Shown here: piece by piece, positions 11,253 through 23,098 of the stretch
Layout: each line of letters opens with the position of its first letter
Numbering within the stretch: the first letter of the stretch is position 1
NCBI GenBank assembly: GCA_965195345.1
Contig: OZ239628.1
Coordinates: 256,001-320,000 of the forward strand
Direction: 5' to 3'
Source of the DNA: an uncultured Thiomicrospira sp.
GTDB lineage: Bacteria > Pseudomonadota > Gammaproteobacteria > CAKMZV01
Length of the DNA stretch: 64,000 nucleotides
The notes under the pieces: model-generated
The model's database searches: none
What the model saw: the letters and a program-made list of their open reading frames with translations, nothing else
What the model was told of the DNA's origin: nothing
Position numbers and translations under genes: made by a program

Positions 11253-11762
11253 TCAATTTTTTAACTTCAATTTTTCCAACACGCTAAACGGGTTAATAGC
11301 CATCGGTTCTTGCCCAAAAGAAATTACTCCTAATTTACATTTTTCATCGTTGCATTCAGCAACAATAGGCAATGCTAATATTAATTCGTCTTCGAACACG
11401 TGTCCGAGACTTTCAATTTCATCAATCAACAAGACTTCCGTATAACGCCCTACTATCAACGCTTCATCGCTATCGTGGCTGATTAAACCAAGCGCACTAT
11501 CAGCACTCAACGCTTTAATGAAAGTATTATTACATCGCTCGCAGCGTAATTCAACACTCGTTTGCCATGATAATTCCCAAAGAAAAGCGCAATCAACGCC
11601 TTCTATTGGCTTTATTGTCCAATGTACCGAAACATCTGAGATTATCTTTTCCGTAGCTTCATTGAAGCGTTTGAGCGTACATGCATCAAAACGGCCTTCA
11701 AAAGTTCCGATAAGCTGAGCAATTGAAGCCCTTGGCTGAGTATCCCATATCAAGTCTTGCAT
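11253..11762 (-). CDS. yceD: YceD/DUF177 family protein
   Basis: CERC motif, EDELILALP and NPFSVLEKLK; canonical position upstream of rpmF; ATG at 11762 taken as start. Confidence 0.88.
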   Translation of the reverse strand: MQDLIWDTQPRASIAQLIGTFEGRFDACTLKRFNEATEKIISDVSVHWTIKPIEGVDCAFLWELSWQTSVELRCERCNNTFIKALSADSALGLISHDSDEALIVGRYTEVLLIDEIESLGHVFEDELILALPIVAECNDEKCKLGVISFGQEPMAINPFSVLEKLKLKN

Positions 11763-11814
11763 TGCGCGCGGATTATAACGGATTGAAAGCACCTAAAACC
11801 GATAATCTTCCTAA

Positions 11815-12091
11815 AAACAAACAAATACGACTTCTGCACAGCGTTGTATTTCTCACAGTTTTATGCAATATGTTCACGCCCTGAAGCGAAGGATTAGGGG
11901 CTTTATTGACCGCAGTCTTTAATCATTTAAAAGGTCTATCGTCATGAAAAAACTGCCCCGCTATGGCACAATTGCCATCAATTTCAATGCCAAATCCAAC
12001 ATGCATAGCCGTCTCAAAGGCTGGAATGGCGTTTCCTAAGATTATGGGCATCGTACATAAAAGGAGACGATTTTAGCCAATCAGTGTTCAT
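11815..12091 (-). pseudogene. Decayed glycerophosphodiester phosphodiesterase (GDPD) N-terminal remnant
   Basis: Minus strand reads MNTDWLKSSPF, then after a frameshift GNAIPAFETAMHVGFGIEIDGNCAIAGQFFHDD followed shortly by a stop. This resembles the GDPD pattern DWL..P.AHRG...ENTLPAF..A...G.GIE.D......FHD. The HRG motif is missing. Confidence 0.55.
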
Positions 12092-12131
12092 TACGCGCTA
12101 CTGTATAAATACATTATGATATATTCGAATA

Positions 12132-12950
12132 ATGTTTTTTCCCCAAAACTATTTTGCAACGAATACGCCAATAATTGAAAAGCTGATTGATGATTTATTG
12201 ATGCGATTAGAGGACAGAACGTCAATTATCGTTGGCTTGAGTGCTCCTCAAGGAAGTGGAAAAACCACTTTGTCATTTGCATTAAAGCAGCGACTCGAAG
12301 CAAAGGGAAAGTCATGTCAAATTATAGGCATCGATGATTTTTATCTAACACGAGTTGAACGGCAAGAAAAAATGCAAATACACCCATTGCTTCAAACCCG
12401 CGGTGTGCCGGGTACGCATGATCACATTTGGCTTTTACGAACCCTGCAACAATTAAAAAATAATCAACAAACAAGCATGCCACGCTTTGATAAGCTCGTC
12501 GATGATCGTACGGGAGAGTGCAGTATCGCCCCAGCATCCGTTGTAATATTTGAAGGGTGGTGCGTAGGGTGCAGAGTGGTTGCAACAAATTTACCTCAGA
12601 GCGACTTTGAAAAACAATACGACCCGCACGGGGACTGGTTCAAATATGTCAACGAGCAGATAGAACTTTATCAATCAACTTTTGATCTCATTGATTATCA
12701 AATTTATCTATCTATCCCAAGTTTTAGTTACGTGTTTCAATGGCGCAAGAAGCAACAAGAAAATGACATGAAAAGGATGACGGCTTCAGCACGCAAAAAC
12801 GCCGTTATGATGAATGCTCAGCAGCTGCAACATTTTATTGCGCACTATGCGCCGATAACCAAGCAAATGATGCGGGATTTACCTTTAATTGCCGATGCCA
12901 CGATTTATATTAACGAACAGCAGAAAATGGAATCTATAGCTTTGCGATAA
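12132..12950 (+). CDS. P-loop kinase, D-glycerate 3-kinase (GLYK)-like
   Basis: GLSAPQGSGKTT, IDDFYLT, TRGVPGTHD, PRFDK..DDR, FEGWCVG. Confidence 0.8.
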   Translation: MFFPQNYFATNTPIIEKLIDDLLMRLEDRTSIIVGLSAPQGSGKTTLSFALKQRLEAKGKSCQIIGIDDFYLTRVERQEKMQIHPLLQTRGVPGTHDHIWLLRTLQQLKNNQQTSMPRFDKLVDDRTGECSIAPASVVIFEGWCVGCRVVATNLPQSDFEKQYDPHGDWFKYVNEQIELYQSTFDLIDYQIYLSIPSFSYVFQWRKKQQENDMKRMTASARKNAVMMNAQQLQHFIAHYAPITKQMMRDLPLIADATIYINEQQKMESIALR

Positions 12951-13268
12951 CGGTAGCCGAATATGTCGCCGTTGCTTTCCCGTTTAAAGGGCTATTGACA
13001 AAACTAAAAAAGAAGACAAAGCAAGATTGGGAACAATAAAATGGCAGTGCTTATGCGTTGAAATGTCATCATAAAAGCAACTACTTTGGCTAATGGTTTT
13101 GATTATTCTTTGTGGGAATGCCCTGAAAGCAATAAATGTTCATTTTGCAGTTATTTTGATGGTAAATGCGCCTAAAAAACAATAAAATTAGGTTTTATAT
13201 GAAATATTGTTAAGTTGCTTTTAATGAAAATTACTCTGTTAGGCTGCAGCCATCCAATTTAACGAACT

Positions 13269-14717
13269 ATGCTTGATAAACTTGAAAACACCTACCTAAA
13301 ATTGCCTTCTGAATTCTATTCATCGATGCAAGCACAGCCTGTGCAAGCTCCGAAATGGATTGATCTCAATACTGAATTGGCAATTGATTTGGGTTTGGAT
13401 GCCAAATGGTTGAAGTCAGATGAAGGGCTGAATACGCTTAGTGGGAATGAATTTCCTCAACAAATTAAACCGCTGTCGATGGTATATGCTGGTCATCAAT
13501 TTGGCAATTGGGTCCCGCAATTGGGCGATGGACGCGCCATGTTGTTAGGAGAAGTTGTTGATGGGACGGGCAGGCGATTCGACATTCAGCTCAAAGGCAG
13601 CGGGCGCACGCCTTATTCGCGAGGAGGCGATGGCAGAGCAGGCTTAGGACCTGTTCTTTTAGAGTATTTGATGAGCGAAGCGATGCATGCGCTTGGAATA
13701 TCGACAACGCGCGCTCTTGCTGCTGTGCTTACGGGAGACATGATTCGTAGGCAAACACCTCAACAGGGAGCGGTGCTTACCAGAATAGCACGGGCGCATA
13801 TTCGTGTTGGCACTTTCGAATATTTTTCGGAGCAAAATGCGCTTGATGCCATTCAAGATTTGGTTGAATACGCTTTGCAACGGTTGTATCCTGAAAATAT
13901 GGATAGTGAAAATTCGGCGATAAGTTTATTTAGTATGGTGATGCGTCAACAGGCAAAATTGATTGCCAGCTGGCAGGCAATTGGCTTTATTCACGGGGTA
14001 ATGAATACTGACAACTGTGCGATATCAGGTGAAACGATAGATTACGGACCGTGTGCTTTTATGGATACTTACGAGGCAAAAAAAGTGTTTAGCTCAATTG
14101 ACAGTCATGGGCGATACGCCTATTGCAATCAACCAGCTATTGGACATTGGAATTTAGCACAGTTGGCGTATGCGTTACTTCCTGCTATTGATGATGATAA
14201 AGATAAAGCGATTGAAAAAATCAAACCGATTATTGAAACCTATCCAACAATCTTTCAACAAGAATGGTTACAAGGTATGCGCAATAAACTTGGGTTATAC
14301 GATGCGCTTGAAGGCGATCTGAATTTAGCAAAAGATTTATTTATTGCTATGGAGGAAGATAGTGCAGACTTTACGTGTCTGTTTCAGCAGTTGATTCGAG
14401 CACACGAAGAAAGCACTGCATTGCCAGAAATGCCAGCAGTTAATCATTGGTTGAGTGCGTGGCGAGTGCGATTGGATGCGGATTCTGCACTCAAAAAACA
14501 TCAGGTACAGCGGATGCGCACCCATAATCCTGTTTACATTCCGCGCAACCATCAAATCGACAAGGCAATAAAAGACGCCAACCAAGGGGATTATAGGCAC
14601 TTTGAATTGTTGAAAAAAGTGTTTGCTGAACCGTATAAAGAACGAAACGAGTACGCAGAATTTTCCACGCCCCCAACACCGGATCAAATAGTCCATCGGA
14701 CATTCTGCGGAACGTAA
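13269..14717 (+). CDS. selO: Protein adenylyltransferase SelO (YdiU)
   Basis: YAGHQFG, QLGDGRA, LKGSGRTPYSRGGDGRA, GFIHGVMNTDN, IDYGP, C-terminal TFCGT. Confidence 0.96.
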   Translation: MLDKLENTYLKLPSEFYSSMQAQPVQAPKWIDLNTELAIDLGLDAKWLKSDEGLNTLSGNEFPQQIKPLSMVYAGHQFGNWVPQLGDGRAMLLGEVVDGTGRRFDIQLKGSGRTPYSRGGDGRAGLGPVLLEYLMSEAMHALGISTTRALAAVLTGDMIRRQTPQQGAVLTRIARAHIRVGTFEYFSEQNALDAIQDLVEYALQRLYPENMDSENSAISLFSMVMRQQAKLIASWQAIGFIHGVMNTDNCAISGETIDYGPCAFMDTYEAKKVFSSIDSHGRYAYCNQPAIGHWNLAQLAYALLPAIDDDKDKAIEKIKPIIETYPTIFQQEWLQGMRNKLGLYDALEGDLNLAKDLFIAMEEDSADFTCLFQQLIRAHEESTALPEMPAVNHWLSAWRVRLDADSALKKHQVQRMRTHNPVYIPRNHQIDKAIKDANQGDYRHFELLKKVFAEPYKERNEYAEFSTPPTPDQIVHRTFCGT

Positions 14718-14820
14718 GGTCGCGGCAAAGATGAGAAATAATACAGTTTAGATTATCCTAAAGACGAATAAAATCAGGTTAAAGAACATATAATTTGCTT
14801 TGTCTTTTACAAACAACATA

Positions 14821-14907
14821 GCCAGAGTGGTGGAATTGGTAGACACGCGGGATTCAAAATCCCGTGCTCGCAAGGGCGTGTGGGTTCGAGTCCCACCTCT
14901 GGTACCA
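14821..14907 (+). tRNA. tRNA-Leu(CAA)
   Basis: Acceptor stem GCCAGAG/CTCTGGT + ACCA; anticodon arm CGGGA-TTCAAAA-TCCCG; long variable arm; GTTCGAG T-loop. Confidence 0.96.
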
Positions 14908-15131
14908 TATGTCGCAGTCAACCGTTCAATATTTAAAGGATCTATTAGCACCGTTTTTAATTGCGGTAGGCGTCACGGAGTTGGTGGCTTTGCCGTGTGT
15001 TTTAACACGGGGTTTATAGTATAATTATCCTCCTATCATATAACGTTATATTAGAGTCGCAAAGGCATTCGATTGAGGTCAATCGGATTAAAAACGGCGA
15101 TATAGTTTAAAACGATAAATATATCTAAAAA

Positions 15132-15698
15132 ATGGGAACAACAAAAACCAACGAGCTTAAGAGCGGAGCGAAAATACTCTTAGACGGGAATCCTTGCTCG
15201 GTAATCAGTCACGAACACATTCAACCCGGGAAAGGTCAAGCTTTTGTTAGAGTAAATTATCGACAATTATTGACTGGGCGATCTTTAGAGAAAACTTTTA
15301 AGTCGGGCGAGACAATTGAATTAGCGGATGTCGCTGAGTTGGATCTTCAGTATTTATATTCAGACAGTGAATTTTGGCATTTCATGGACGCCAATACCTT
15401 CGATCAGTACCAAGCGGATGCGAACGCAGTTGGAGATAAACATCGGTGGTTATCCGAGCAAGATCAATGTTTAGTTACGCTATGGAATGGGCGAGCGATC
15501 AACGTCGAACTACCCAATTTTGTCACACTTGAAGTGTCGCATACTGAGCCGGGTCTTAAAGGAGATACAAGTGGCACCGCAAACAAGCCTGCTACTTTAA
15601 GCACAGGTGCGATTATTTTAGTGCCTTTATTTGTAGTCACTGGCGATGTACTAAAAATTGACACCCGCACGGGTGAATACGTTAGTCGGTCGAAATAG
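15132..15698 (+). CDS. efp: Elongation factor P
   Basis: PGKGQAF (Lys at the modified site), [30 protein letters not shown]. Confidence 0.97.
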   Translation: MGTTKTNELKSGAKILLDGNPCSVISHEHIQPGKGQAFVRVNYRQLLTGRSLEKTFKSGETIELADVAELDLQYLYSDSEFWHFMDANTFDQYQADANAVGDKHRWLSEQDQCLVTLWNGRAINVELPNFVTLEVSHTEPGLKGDTSGTANKPATLSTGAIILVPLFVVTGDVLKIDTRTGEYVSRSK

Positions 15699-15720
15699 CA
15701 TAGTCAAACGAGGCATTTAA

Positions 15721-18126
<2,406 letters not shown>

Positions 18127-18129
18127 GCA

Positions 18130-18738
18130 ATGTTCACTGGAATCATCCAGAGTACTGGAGTAATTGAGCAGCTTAATCGTTCTGAAAAAGGCGCAGACAT
18201 TCGTGTTCGTGTTATAACTCCCAAAGCATTACAGTATCAAAGATGGCTTCTTGGAGACAGTATCGCGTTAAGCGGTGTATGCTTAACGGTAACTGCGATG
18301 GACAATAATTGTTTTGAAGCGCAGCTCTCACATGAAACGGTAACAAAAACCACTTTTTCACATCTCAAAGAGGGGAGTGAAGTCAACCTTGAAGCAGCGT
18401 TGAGAGTGGGAGATTCACTTGGAGGGCATTGGGTCAGTGGGCATGTTGACGATATTGCAGAAATAGTAAACATATCTGAGACAGGCTTTAGTAAAAAAAT
18501 CGATTGTGCTGTATATCCACAATGGAGCAAGTACCTTGCGGTAAAAGGTTCAGTTACTCTTGATGGCATCAGCCTCACACTCAATGCGTCTCAAGATAAC
18601 ATCATTTCTATAAATGCCATCCCACACACGTTAGAAAACACAACTATTGGAAACTGGGAGACAGGAAGGAAAGTGAATATGGAAATAGATTTACTTGCGC
18701 GATATATTTTAAATGCACAACGGTTAACCACACAATGA
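18130..18738 (+). CDS. ribE: Riboflavin synthase (alpha chain)
   Basis: MFTGII, GDSIALSGVCLTV, LGGHWVSGHVD, KGSVTLDGISLT, IPHT. Confidence 0.95.
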   Translation: MFTGIIQSTGVIEQLNRSEKGADIRVRVITPKALQYQRWLLGDSIALSGVCLTVTAMDNNCFEAQLSHETVTKTTFSHLKEGSEVNLEAALRVGDSLGGHWVSGHVDDIAEIVNISETGFSKKIDCAVYPQWSKYLAVKGSVTLDGISLTLNASQDNIISINAIPHTLENTTIGNWETGRKVNMEIDLLARYILNAQRLTTQ

Positions 18739-19829
18739 TAAGCCCAATTGAAGAAATAATTGAAGATTTCAAAAACGGAAAAAAAGTCGTACTTATTGAT
18801 GACGAGAATCGCGAAAACGAGGGAGATATCATGATGTCTGCCAAAGCAATCAGCGCGGAGGACGTTAACTTTATGGCGCATTATGCGCGAGGACTGATTT
18901 GCGTCACATTGACAGCAAAACGTTGTGAGCAGCTTGGATTGGAATTGATGACTAAAGGCTCTGAATCAGGGACCTACTTCACCGTATCAATTGATGCCAC
19001 TGAAACAACAACGGGCATCTCTGCTCAAGAGCGCGCGTGCACTTTAAACAAAGTGGTTTCAGCCCAAGCGAATGCCAACGATTTTATTAGACCGGGGCAC
19101 ATTTTCCCAATAATGGCACGAGAAGGAGGGACGTTAGTCCGAGCAGGGCATACAGAAGCTGGTTGTGATTTATCTCGCCTTGCAGGAGAAGCTGAACCGT
19201 CGTCGGTTATTGTTGAAATAATGAATAAAGACGGCACAATGGCACGCCTTCCCGATTTGGAGATTTTTGCTAAAGAACACGGTTTAAAATTGGGAACAAT
19301 TGCAGACTTAATTCGCTACAGAATGCGCAATGAAAAATTCATGCAATTATTGAATACATGCGAATTTCCTACTAATTTCGGCGATTTTAGCCTCCATTTA
19401 TACGAAGATATAATCGACAAACAAAAACACATTGCACTAACATACGGTGATATTAAAGAGCACGACCATACACTGGTGCGCGTCAATAAATATTCTGCTT
19501 TGCACGATGTATTGCACGCTCAGAGAACACCACGTAAATGGACGATGGATAATGCGATGCAACGCATTGTTGAGAACGGTCACGGAGTGATCATCTTGCT
19601 TTCACCCTGTCATGATGAACACATATTTCAGCAAGTATCGGTATGGAATGAAGTGGATGAGGGCGCTATGCGCGAGCATACAGTGACCGACGATAGCAAA
19701 ACTTTTGGTAAAGGAGCCGCAATTTTATCGGATTTACAAGTAACGCACATGAAGGTGCTTGGATCGCCTTGGGGCAACGATACTTTTAGTGGATTTGGTA
19801 TAGAAATATTGGATTTCATCACTTCGTGA
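18735..19829 (+). CDS. ribB: DHBP synthase fused to a degenerate GTP cyclohydrolase II-like domain (RibBX type)
   Basis: DDENRENEGD, RPGHIFP and RAGHTEAGCDL. The C-domain lacks the HSEC...RCDC zinc ligands (reads RVNKYSALHDVL). Confidence 0.92.
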   Translation: MISPIEEIIEDFKNGKKVVLIDDENRENEGDIMMSAKAISAEDVNFMAHYARGLICVTLTAKRCEQLGLELMTKGSESGTYFTVSIDATETTTGISAQERACTLNKVVSAQANANDFIRPGHIFPIMAREGGTLVRAGHTEAGCDLSRLAGEAEPSSVIVEIMNKDGTMARLPDLEIFAKEHGLKLGTIADLIRYRMRNEKFMQLLNTCEFPTNFGDFSLHLYEDIIDKQKHIALTYGDIKEHDHTLVRVNKYSALHDVLHAQRTPRKWTMDNAMQRIVENGHGVIILLSPCHDEHIFQQVSVWNEVDEGAMREHTVTDDSKTFGKGAAILSDLQVTHMKVLGSPWGNDTFSGFGIEILDFITS

Positions 19830-19833
19830 GTAC

Positions 19834-20313
19834 ATGGCAAAGAAAAAGACCTCACCCGATACCATTGCGTTAAACCGCAAAGCTCGACATGATTATCAAA
19901 TAGAAGAAACCATCGAAGCGGGCTTGGTTCTGCACGGTTGGGAAGTAAAAAGCCTGCGACAAGGGAAGATTCAATTACGCGACAGTCATGGGAAATTTCT
20001 GAAAGATGAAGCATGGATGATAGGTGCTTTAATAACACCACTTTCTACCGCTTCTACGCATGTAGTCGCCGACGATAGACGAACCCGAAAGTTGCTTTTA
20101 AAGCGGAAAGAACTCAGTCGAATTCAAGGACTAATAGAGCGTAAAGGATACACTTTGGTTGTTTTGTCAATGTATTGGAAATCTGGTAAAGTAAAGGCAT
20201 CATTGGGGATAGCTCGCGGTCGAAAGCAACACGACAAACGAGAGGCATTAAAGCAACAGGATTGGCGCAGAGATAAGGCCCGACTTGTAAGCAACTCTTT
20301 GAGGAGAGGCTAA
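19834..20313 (+). CDS. smpB: SsrA-binding protein
   Basis: NRKARHDY, EAGLVLHGWEVKSLR, RTRKLLL, GRKQHDKR. Confidence 0.97.
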   Translation: MAKKKTSPDTIALNRKARHDYQIEETIEAGLVLHGWEVKSLRQGKIQLRDSHGKFLKDEAWMIGALITPLSTASTHVVADDRRTRKLLLKRKELSRIQGLIERKGYTLVVLSMYWKSGKVKASLGIARGRKQHDKREALKQQDWRRDKARLVSNSLRRG

Positions 20314-20352
20314 TTGTATTGTCACTTTTAAAGAGGTTTTAATAGGTAGAGT

Positions 20353-21033
20353 ATGAACGGACTTTATGTTACAGGGAGCGATACGGAGGTTGGAAAAACT
20401 GAAATAGCCGCTGCCATCACGCATTTGCTCAACGAGCAAGGGATGCGCGTGCGCGTGCGCAAACCCGTTGCTTCGGGCTGTACATATCTTGATGGAGAGT
20501 GGGTATGCGAAGATACCAACGCCCTCTATGAGGCAAACCGACAAGTTGATGAGAAGAAAATAATCACACCAAACGCATTTGCTGATCCCATTGCGCCATT
20601 TCTTGCCGCTCGCAAGGTTGGGCGTCCGTTAACTATTCAACAACTGTACGATGCTTGCTTAGCACAAGTTGAGAAAGACGATATTCTTATCGCTGAAGGT
20701 GCAGGAGGATTTTACACGCCATTAGCAGAAGATGGTTTATGCGCTGATGTTGCCAAAAAGATGGATTTAAAAGTAGTGGTTGTTGTTCTCAATCGATTGG
20801 GTTGCATAAATCACGCCATTCTAACAATTAACGCCATTGCTTCTGAAGGGTTAACATTGCACAGTGTTATACTCAATGATGCAGATGACAATCACAAAAC
20901 GATGCTTGATAATTCTGAAGCGATTAAAAGTTATACAGGCATTCAGCCATATACCATGCCCTTTATTAAACAAACACGAACGAAATGGCCATTAGTGGCA
21001 GGGCATTTACAAAACCAAGGTTGGGCGTATTAA
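20353..21033 (+). CDS. bioD: Dethiobiotin synthase
   Basis: VTGSDTEVGKT, KPVASG, EGAGG, LGCINHAILT. Confidence 0.95.
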   Translation: MNGLYVTGSDTEVGKTEIAAAITHLLNEQGMRVRVRKPVASGCTYLDGEWVCEDTNALYEANRQVDEKKIITPNAFADPIAPFLAARKVGRPLTIQQLYDACLAQVEKDDILIAEGAGGFYTPLAEDGLCADVAKKMDLKVVVVVLNRLGCINHAILTINAIASEGLTLHSVILNDADDNHKTMLDNSEAIKSYTGIQPYTMPFIKQTRTKWPLVAGHLQNQGWAY

Positions 21034-21141
21034 CCGTACGAGTATCAGTATAAGGAACATCAGCTATACACGAATATTGACGAATTAAGGTAATTCTCAC
21101 GGTATCTTCTAATTTAAGGTAGAATGTCGCCAATGAAATGA

Positions 21142-21218
<77 letters not shown>

Positions 21219-21258
21219 GAAAAAAGAGATGTGTAAAATCTCTTAAGGAACGGTTTAC

Positions 21259-21290
21259 AAACCCCTCCCATTGGCTGGGGTTTTTTGTTT
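21259..21290 (+). terminator. Probable intrinsic terminator/attenuator between tRNA-fMet and rimP
   Basis: AAACCCC...GGGGTTT stem followed by a T-run (AAACCCCTCCCATTGGCTGGGGTTTTTTGTTT). Confidence 0.55.
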
Positions 21291-21312
21291 GTAAAGTTGA
21301 TAAGTATAAATT

Positions 21313-21756
21313 ATGTTGCAGAAGTTAGCAGGAAAGATAAAGCCAATTGTTGCTGATATGGGATGTGCGCTTTGGGGTATAGAATATCTCAGTAGTGCTA
21401 ACCCCCCAGTTTTGCGTATTTATATAGACGCTGCCAAAGGCATAAATGTTGATCAATGCGCTTGGGTCAGTCGAGAAGTGAGTGGTATATTGGATGTGGA
21501 AAACCCTATTACAGGGGTGTACAACCTTGAAGTGTCTTCACCGGGTCTTGATAGGCGGTTTTTTTATCCAGATCAATACAAAGACTACATAGGAAAAATG
21601 CTTAAAATCAAATTGAATAAGCCTCTTGAAGGGAGCAGCCGATGGCGGGTAACCCTTACTGCTGTAAATGATCAAGAGATTGAATTTACAGATGGCGTCC
21701 AAACCTATAAGGTAGCATTCAATTCTATTGAAAAAGCAAGGTTAATGCCAAGTTAG
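21313..21756 (+). CDS. rimP: Ribosome maturation factor RimP
   Basis: LRIYID, VSREVSGILDVENPI, YNLEVSSPGLDR. Confidence 0.95.
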   Translation: MLQKLAGKIKPIVADMGCALWGIEYLSSANPPVLRIYIDAAKGINVDQCAWVSREVSGILDVENPITGVYNLEVSSPGLDRRFFYPDQYKDYIGKMLKIKLNKPLEGSSRWRVTLTAVNDQEIEFTDGVQTYKVAFNSIEKARLMPS

Positions 21757-21778
21757 AAGAACACATTTGGAGAAATAA

Positions 21779-23062
21779 ATGAATAGTAAAGAAATGTTAT
21801 TTTTCGTCGAAGCCGTAGCAAATGAAAAAGGACTTGCAAGAGCGGATGTTTTCGATGCACTTGAATACGCGCTCGCAACCGCTATTCGCAAACTACAGCA
21901 CGAAGATATGGATGTGCGCGTGGAAATGGATCAAGTAAGTGGCGATTTCAAAGCGTATAGATGCTGGACAGTGGTCGCTAATGATGAAGAAGAGTTTGAA
22001 GAAGCGACCATGCTCAAGCTGATGGATGCTGAGGACGAAGATCCGAACGCGGTTATTGGTGATGTGCTTGAAGAGACATTGGACGCTCCACCAATAGGAC
22101 GGATTGGAGCGCAAACTGCCCGTCAAATAATGATGCAAAAATTGCGTGAAGCATCACGTCGGAAAGTAGTGGAGCAGTACGAGCCGCGCATTGGAGAAGT
22201 CTTCATGGGGACGGTAAAACGTATGGAACGTGAAGGTATCGTCATTGATATTTCTGATAACGTTGAAGGACTGTTGCCCAGAGAACATCAAATTGTTGGT
22301 GAACACTATCGCATTGGATCAAGAGTTCGAGCCTTGCTTTGGGAAATCGATGTTGAGGTGCGTGGGCCTCAGCTGATTTTTTCAAGAACAGACAACGAAT
22401 TTCTTTCCCAACTATTTAGCATGGAGGTCCCCGAAGTATCTGATGGAATAATCGACATAAAAGCGGTGGCCCGTGAGCCGGGGATAAGAGCAAAAGTTGC
22501 TGTATTTACGGGAGATCCTCACTTAGATGTTATCGGTGCGTGTGTTGGCATGCGTGGTTCACGAGTGCAGGCGGTAATGACCGAACTTAATGGAGAGCGC
22601 ATTGATGTCATTCAATGGAATGCCAATCCCGCACAGTTTGTTATTAGTGCCATGTCTCCTGCTGAGATACGTTCGTTATTAATTGACGAAGAAAGAGGCG
22701 TTATGGACTTATCGGTGAGTGATGAGATGCTTTCACAGGCGATTGGGAAAAGCGGGCAAAATGTTCGTCTTGCCAGTGAACTGACAGGCTGGGTATTAAA
22801 CGCCATGTCCGAAACGCAAATGAAAGAGCTTGAAGGTCGCCAGCAAGTCAGCTTACGTGACTTATTAGAAAAAGAGTTAGAGGTTGATGAGAGCATTGCT
22901 AAAAAATTAGTTAATGCAGGTTTTACCTCCATTGAAGAAATAGCTTATGTTGCTGAAAGCGAACTGCTATCAATTGATGGTTTGAACGGCGAGATAGTAA
23001 CAAAAATTCGCGATAAAGCAAACGACATACTGCTTATGCAGATGTTAGAAAACCCTGAGTAA
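21779..23062 (+). CDS. nusA: Transcription factor NusA (only one C-terminal acidic repeat)
   Basis: GRIGAQTARQ, AREPGIRAKVAV, GACVGMRGSRVQAV, AIGKSGQNVRLASELTGW. Confidence 0.97.
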   Translation: MNSKEMLFFVEAVANEKGLARADVFDALEYALATAIRKLQHEDMDVRVEMDQVSGDFKAYRCWTVVANDEEEFEEATMLKLMDAEDEDPNAVIGDVLEETLDAPPIGRIGAQTARQIMMQKLREASRRKVVEQYEPRIGEVFMGTVKRMEREGIVIDISDNVEGLLPREHQIVGEHYRIGSRVRALLWEIDVEVRGPQLIFSRTDNEFLSQLFSMEVPEVSDGIIDIKAVAREPGIRAKVAVFTGDPHLDVIGACVGMRGSRVQAVMTELNGERIDVIQWNANPAQFVISAMSPAEIRSLLIDEERGVMDLSVSDEMLSQAIGKSGQNVRLASELTGWVLNAMSETQMKELEGRQQVSLRDLLEKELEVDESIAKKLVNAGFTSIEEIAYVAESELLSIDGLNGEIVTKIRDKANDILLMQMLENPE

Positions 23063-23098
23063 TTTAGGACGATTTTAACCTAACAGTAGAGGTCAGTC

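Noticed and set aside
12951-13268. Possible pseudogene in the kinase-selO spacer
   Set aside because: Only short hydrophobic frames, with no recognisable family motif.
14962-14975. ops-like TGCGGTAG upstream of efp
   Set aside because: Partial match only, no JUMPstart context, and not upstream of a typical RfaH-regulated operon.
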